Shown: positions 61,379 through 64,000 of the stretch, one piece after another
Numbering within the stretch: position 1 is the first letter of the stretch
Layout: the number at the start of each line of letters is the position of its first letter
From: Octopus sinensis
Lineage: Eukaryota
Direction: 5' to 3'
NCBI RefSeq assembly: GCF_006345805.1
Contig: NC_042997.1
Location: forward strand, 22,506,001 to 22,570,000
Length of the DNA stretch: 64,000 nt
Notes under the pieces: model-generated
What the model was told of the DNA's origin: nothing
The model's database searches: none
Seen by the model: only the letters and a program-made list of their open reading frames with translations
Translations under genes and position numbers: made by a program

Positions 61379-62609
61379 CATCACCATATTTAAAGTATAT
61401 TTTCCATGTTGGCATGACAGTTTGACGGGGGTTGGCTAACCAGAAGGGTGTGCCACACTACAGTTGTCTGTTTTGGCATGGTTTCTTATGGCATAATACC
61501 CTTTCTAACACCCATCCACTTTACAGAGCTTACTGAGTGCTTTTTCTGTAGCACCTACACATGTGCTTTCCGTGTGGACCAGTATGGGTGCTTTTAATGT
61601 GACACCAACACTTACAGGGTCACCAAGAAGTTTGCAAGAAAAGAACATCTCAATTGAGGGAGGTGGCCATGTGCCAGGCAAGAGGTTGAAATATGATAGA
61701 GGTACAAGGGATAGCTGGTCTTACTATAGAGGAGATACTTGGCTACTCAGTAAGACAAGAAAGGGAGGGAGGGAGAGGAGAGTGAGAAAGAAAGACAGTC
61801 AGAGAACATAGTCATCCTTTCATTTTATGTCTGTCTTTCCATTCTAGCATGGGTTAGATAAACATGTCAGTAAGCTTTTTTTTTTGTTTTTGCAACATGT
61901 CCTTTTTTTGCTCACCTGTTTTTCTCTTAATTCACATATCTTCAAAGGCACAAAGGGAGTGGATGATTTATTTACAGGGGAAATAGCATTGAAATCATCA
62001 CTTGTAGCTGTGGCACTAACACTATAGAGGTAGCCTTGCTCTCAGCATGACCAAAGAGACCTCTCAAGTTTAGCATGGTTGCTGCACTAACCTCGCTCAA
62101 ATGTTTTGCTCACTTGCCACCGGCACAAGTGCCAGTAAGGCGACACTGGTAACAATCATGCTCAAAAGGTGGTTTTTATGTGCCCACTGGCTCAGAAGCC
62201 AGGCAGCTGCATTGGCACAGGTGCCAGTCATCGAATTTGGTTCAATTTCGATTTCACTTGCCCCAACAGGTCTTCGCAAGCAGAGTTTAGTGTCCAATGA
62301 AGGGACATTAGCATGGGTGCCAGCTGTCATATATATATACATATATAGCTTGTTTGGATTAACTTTATATATATATATATATATATATTATACACAAACA
62401 CACATACATACATACTTGAATTGTGCTCTTTATGTGCCACCAGCACAGAAACCAGTCAGGTAGCACTGACATAGACCACGCTTGAGTGATGCTTTTTACG
62501 TGTCATTGGCATTGGTATCCGCCACATTCAAATGGTGCTTTTAAACATACTACCGACACAGGTGCCATTCAGGCAGCACTAGCATCTGCCACGACTATGA
62601 TTTCACTTG

Positions 62610-63029
<420 letters not shown>

Positions 63030-63030
<1 letters not shown>

Positions 63031-63920
63031 ACCCGGCAAGACTAGTCAGGCCATAACCTGTGGCCCCTACCTGGGACGTAGTCAGTCCACCTGTGCATAC
63101 CTTCCTTCTTGTGACACTTGTGAAGACCTGTTGAGGCAAGTGAAAATCAAATCAAAATCAAATCAAAACAAATCAAAATAGATGAACATCAATGGAATTT
63201 GTATCTTTTTGGTACCAGTGCCGGTGGCACACAAGAAAACCATCCGAACGTGGCCGTAGCCAGCACCGCATCGACTGGCCTCCGTGCTGTTGGCACGTAA
63301 CAAACACCATCCGATCGTGGCCGTTTGCCAGCCTCATCTGGCACCTGTGTCGGTGGCACATAAAAACACCATCCGAGTGTGGCCGTCTGCCAGCCTCGTC
63401 TGGCACCTGTGTCGGTGGCACATAAAAAACACCATCCGAGCGTGGCCGTTCGCCAGCCTCGTCTGGCACCTGTGTCGGTGGCACATAAAATCACCCACTA
63501 CACTCTCGGAGTGGTTGGCGTTAGGAAGGGCATCCAGCTGTAGAAACACTGCCAGATCTGACTGGCCTGGTGCAGCCTTCGGGCTCCCCAGACCCCAGTT
63601 GAACCTTCCAACCCATGCTAGCATGGAAAGCGGACATTAAATGATGATGATGATGATGATATATATATATATATATATAATACACCAATCCGACCGTGGC
63701 CGTTGCCAGCCTCGCCTGGCACCTGTGCAGGTGGCACGTAAAAAGCACCCACTACACTCACGGAGTAGTTGGCGTTAGGAAGGGCATCCAGCTGTAGAAA
63801 CATTGCCAGATTAGACTGGAGCCTGGTGCAGCCTTCTGGCTTCCCAGAACCCCGGTCGAACCGTCCAACCCATGCTAGCATGGAGAACGGACGTTAAATG
63901 ATGATGATGATGATGATGAT
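63030..63920 (+). mobile_element. Two tandem RTE 3'-tail copies ending in (GAT)n
   Basis: ggcgttaggaagggcatccagctgtagaaac...ccatgctagcatgg..aaatgatgatg occurs at about 63520-63660 and 63770-63920. Confidence 0.85.
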
Positions 63921-64000
63921 AAGTAAATAAATGGAGTTGAAGGCAGATGCTATTCAAATTCTTTTACTTTCGACATATGTTTGAACAGTTAGTTTAACTT

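Overview
AT-rich eukaryotic window dense in microsatellites. The SINE/RTE/R4 repeat repertoire looks like an octopus (coleoid cephalopod) genome; that species call is an inference. I find no intact host gene: the window is almost all nested transposable elements, and most short ORFs in the track are microsatellite artefacts. Main contents: (1) a very young Ty3/Gypsy (Mag-like) LTR retrotransposon at 15569-20174 with identical 216-bp LTRs, a 5-bp TSD and a tRNA-Leu PBS. Its single gag-pol ORF carries a D->G change at the first catalytic Asp of RT. (2) A young non-autonomous LTR element at 10984-13711 with a tRNA-Trp PBS, a 4-bp TSD and only decayed gag/pol traces inside, plus an older inverted solo LTR. 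(3) Many R4/Dong-type RLE retrotransposons stacked in (TTA)n microsatellites. (4) Tx1/L1-like, CR1, RTE, Penelope-like, Tc1 and Helitron remnants and many tRNA-derived SINEs. (5) A type I Penelope-style hammerhead ribozyme at 42027-42153. (6) A 4.8-kb interval bounded by 129-bp inverted repeats and containing a CpG-rich nested hairpin. (7) A fold-back inverted duplication centred at 54460/54461 that copied a processed GALE pseudogene fragment. All alignments and translations were done by eye.
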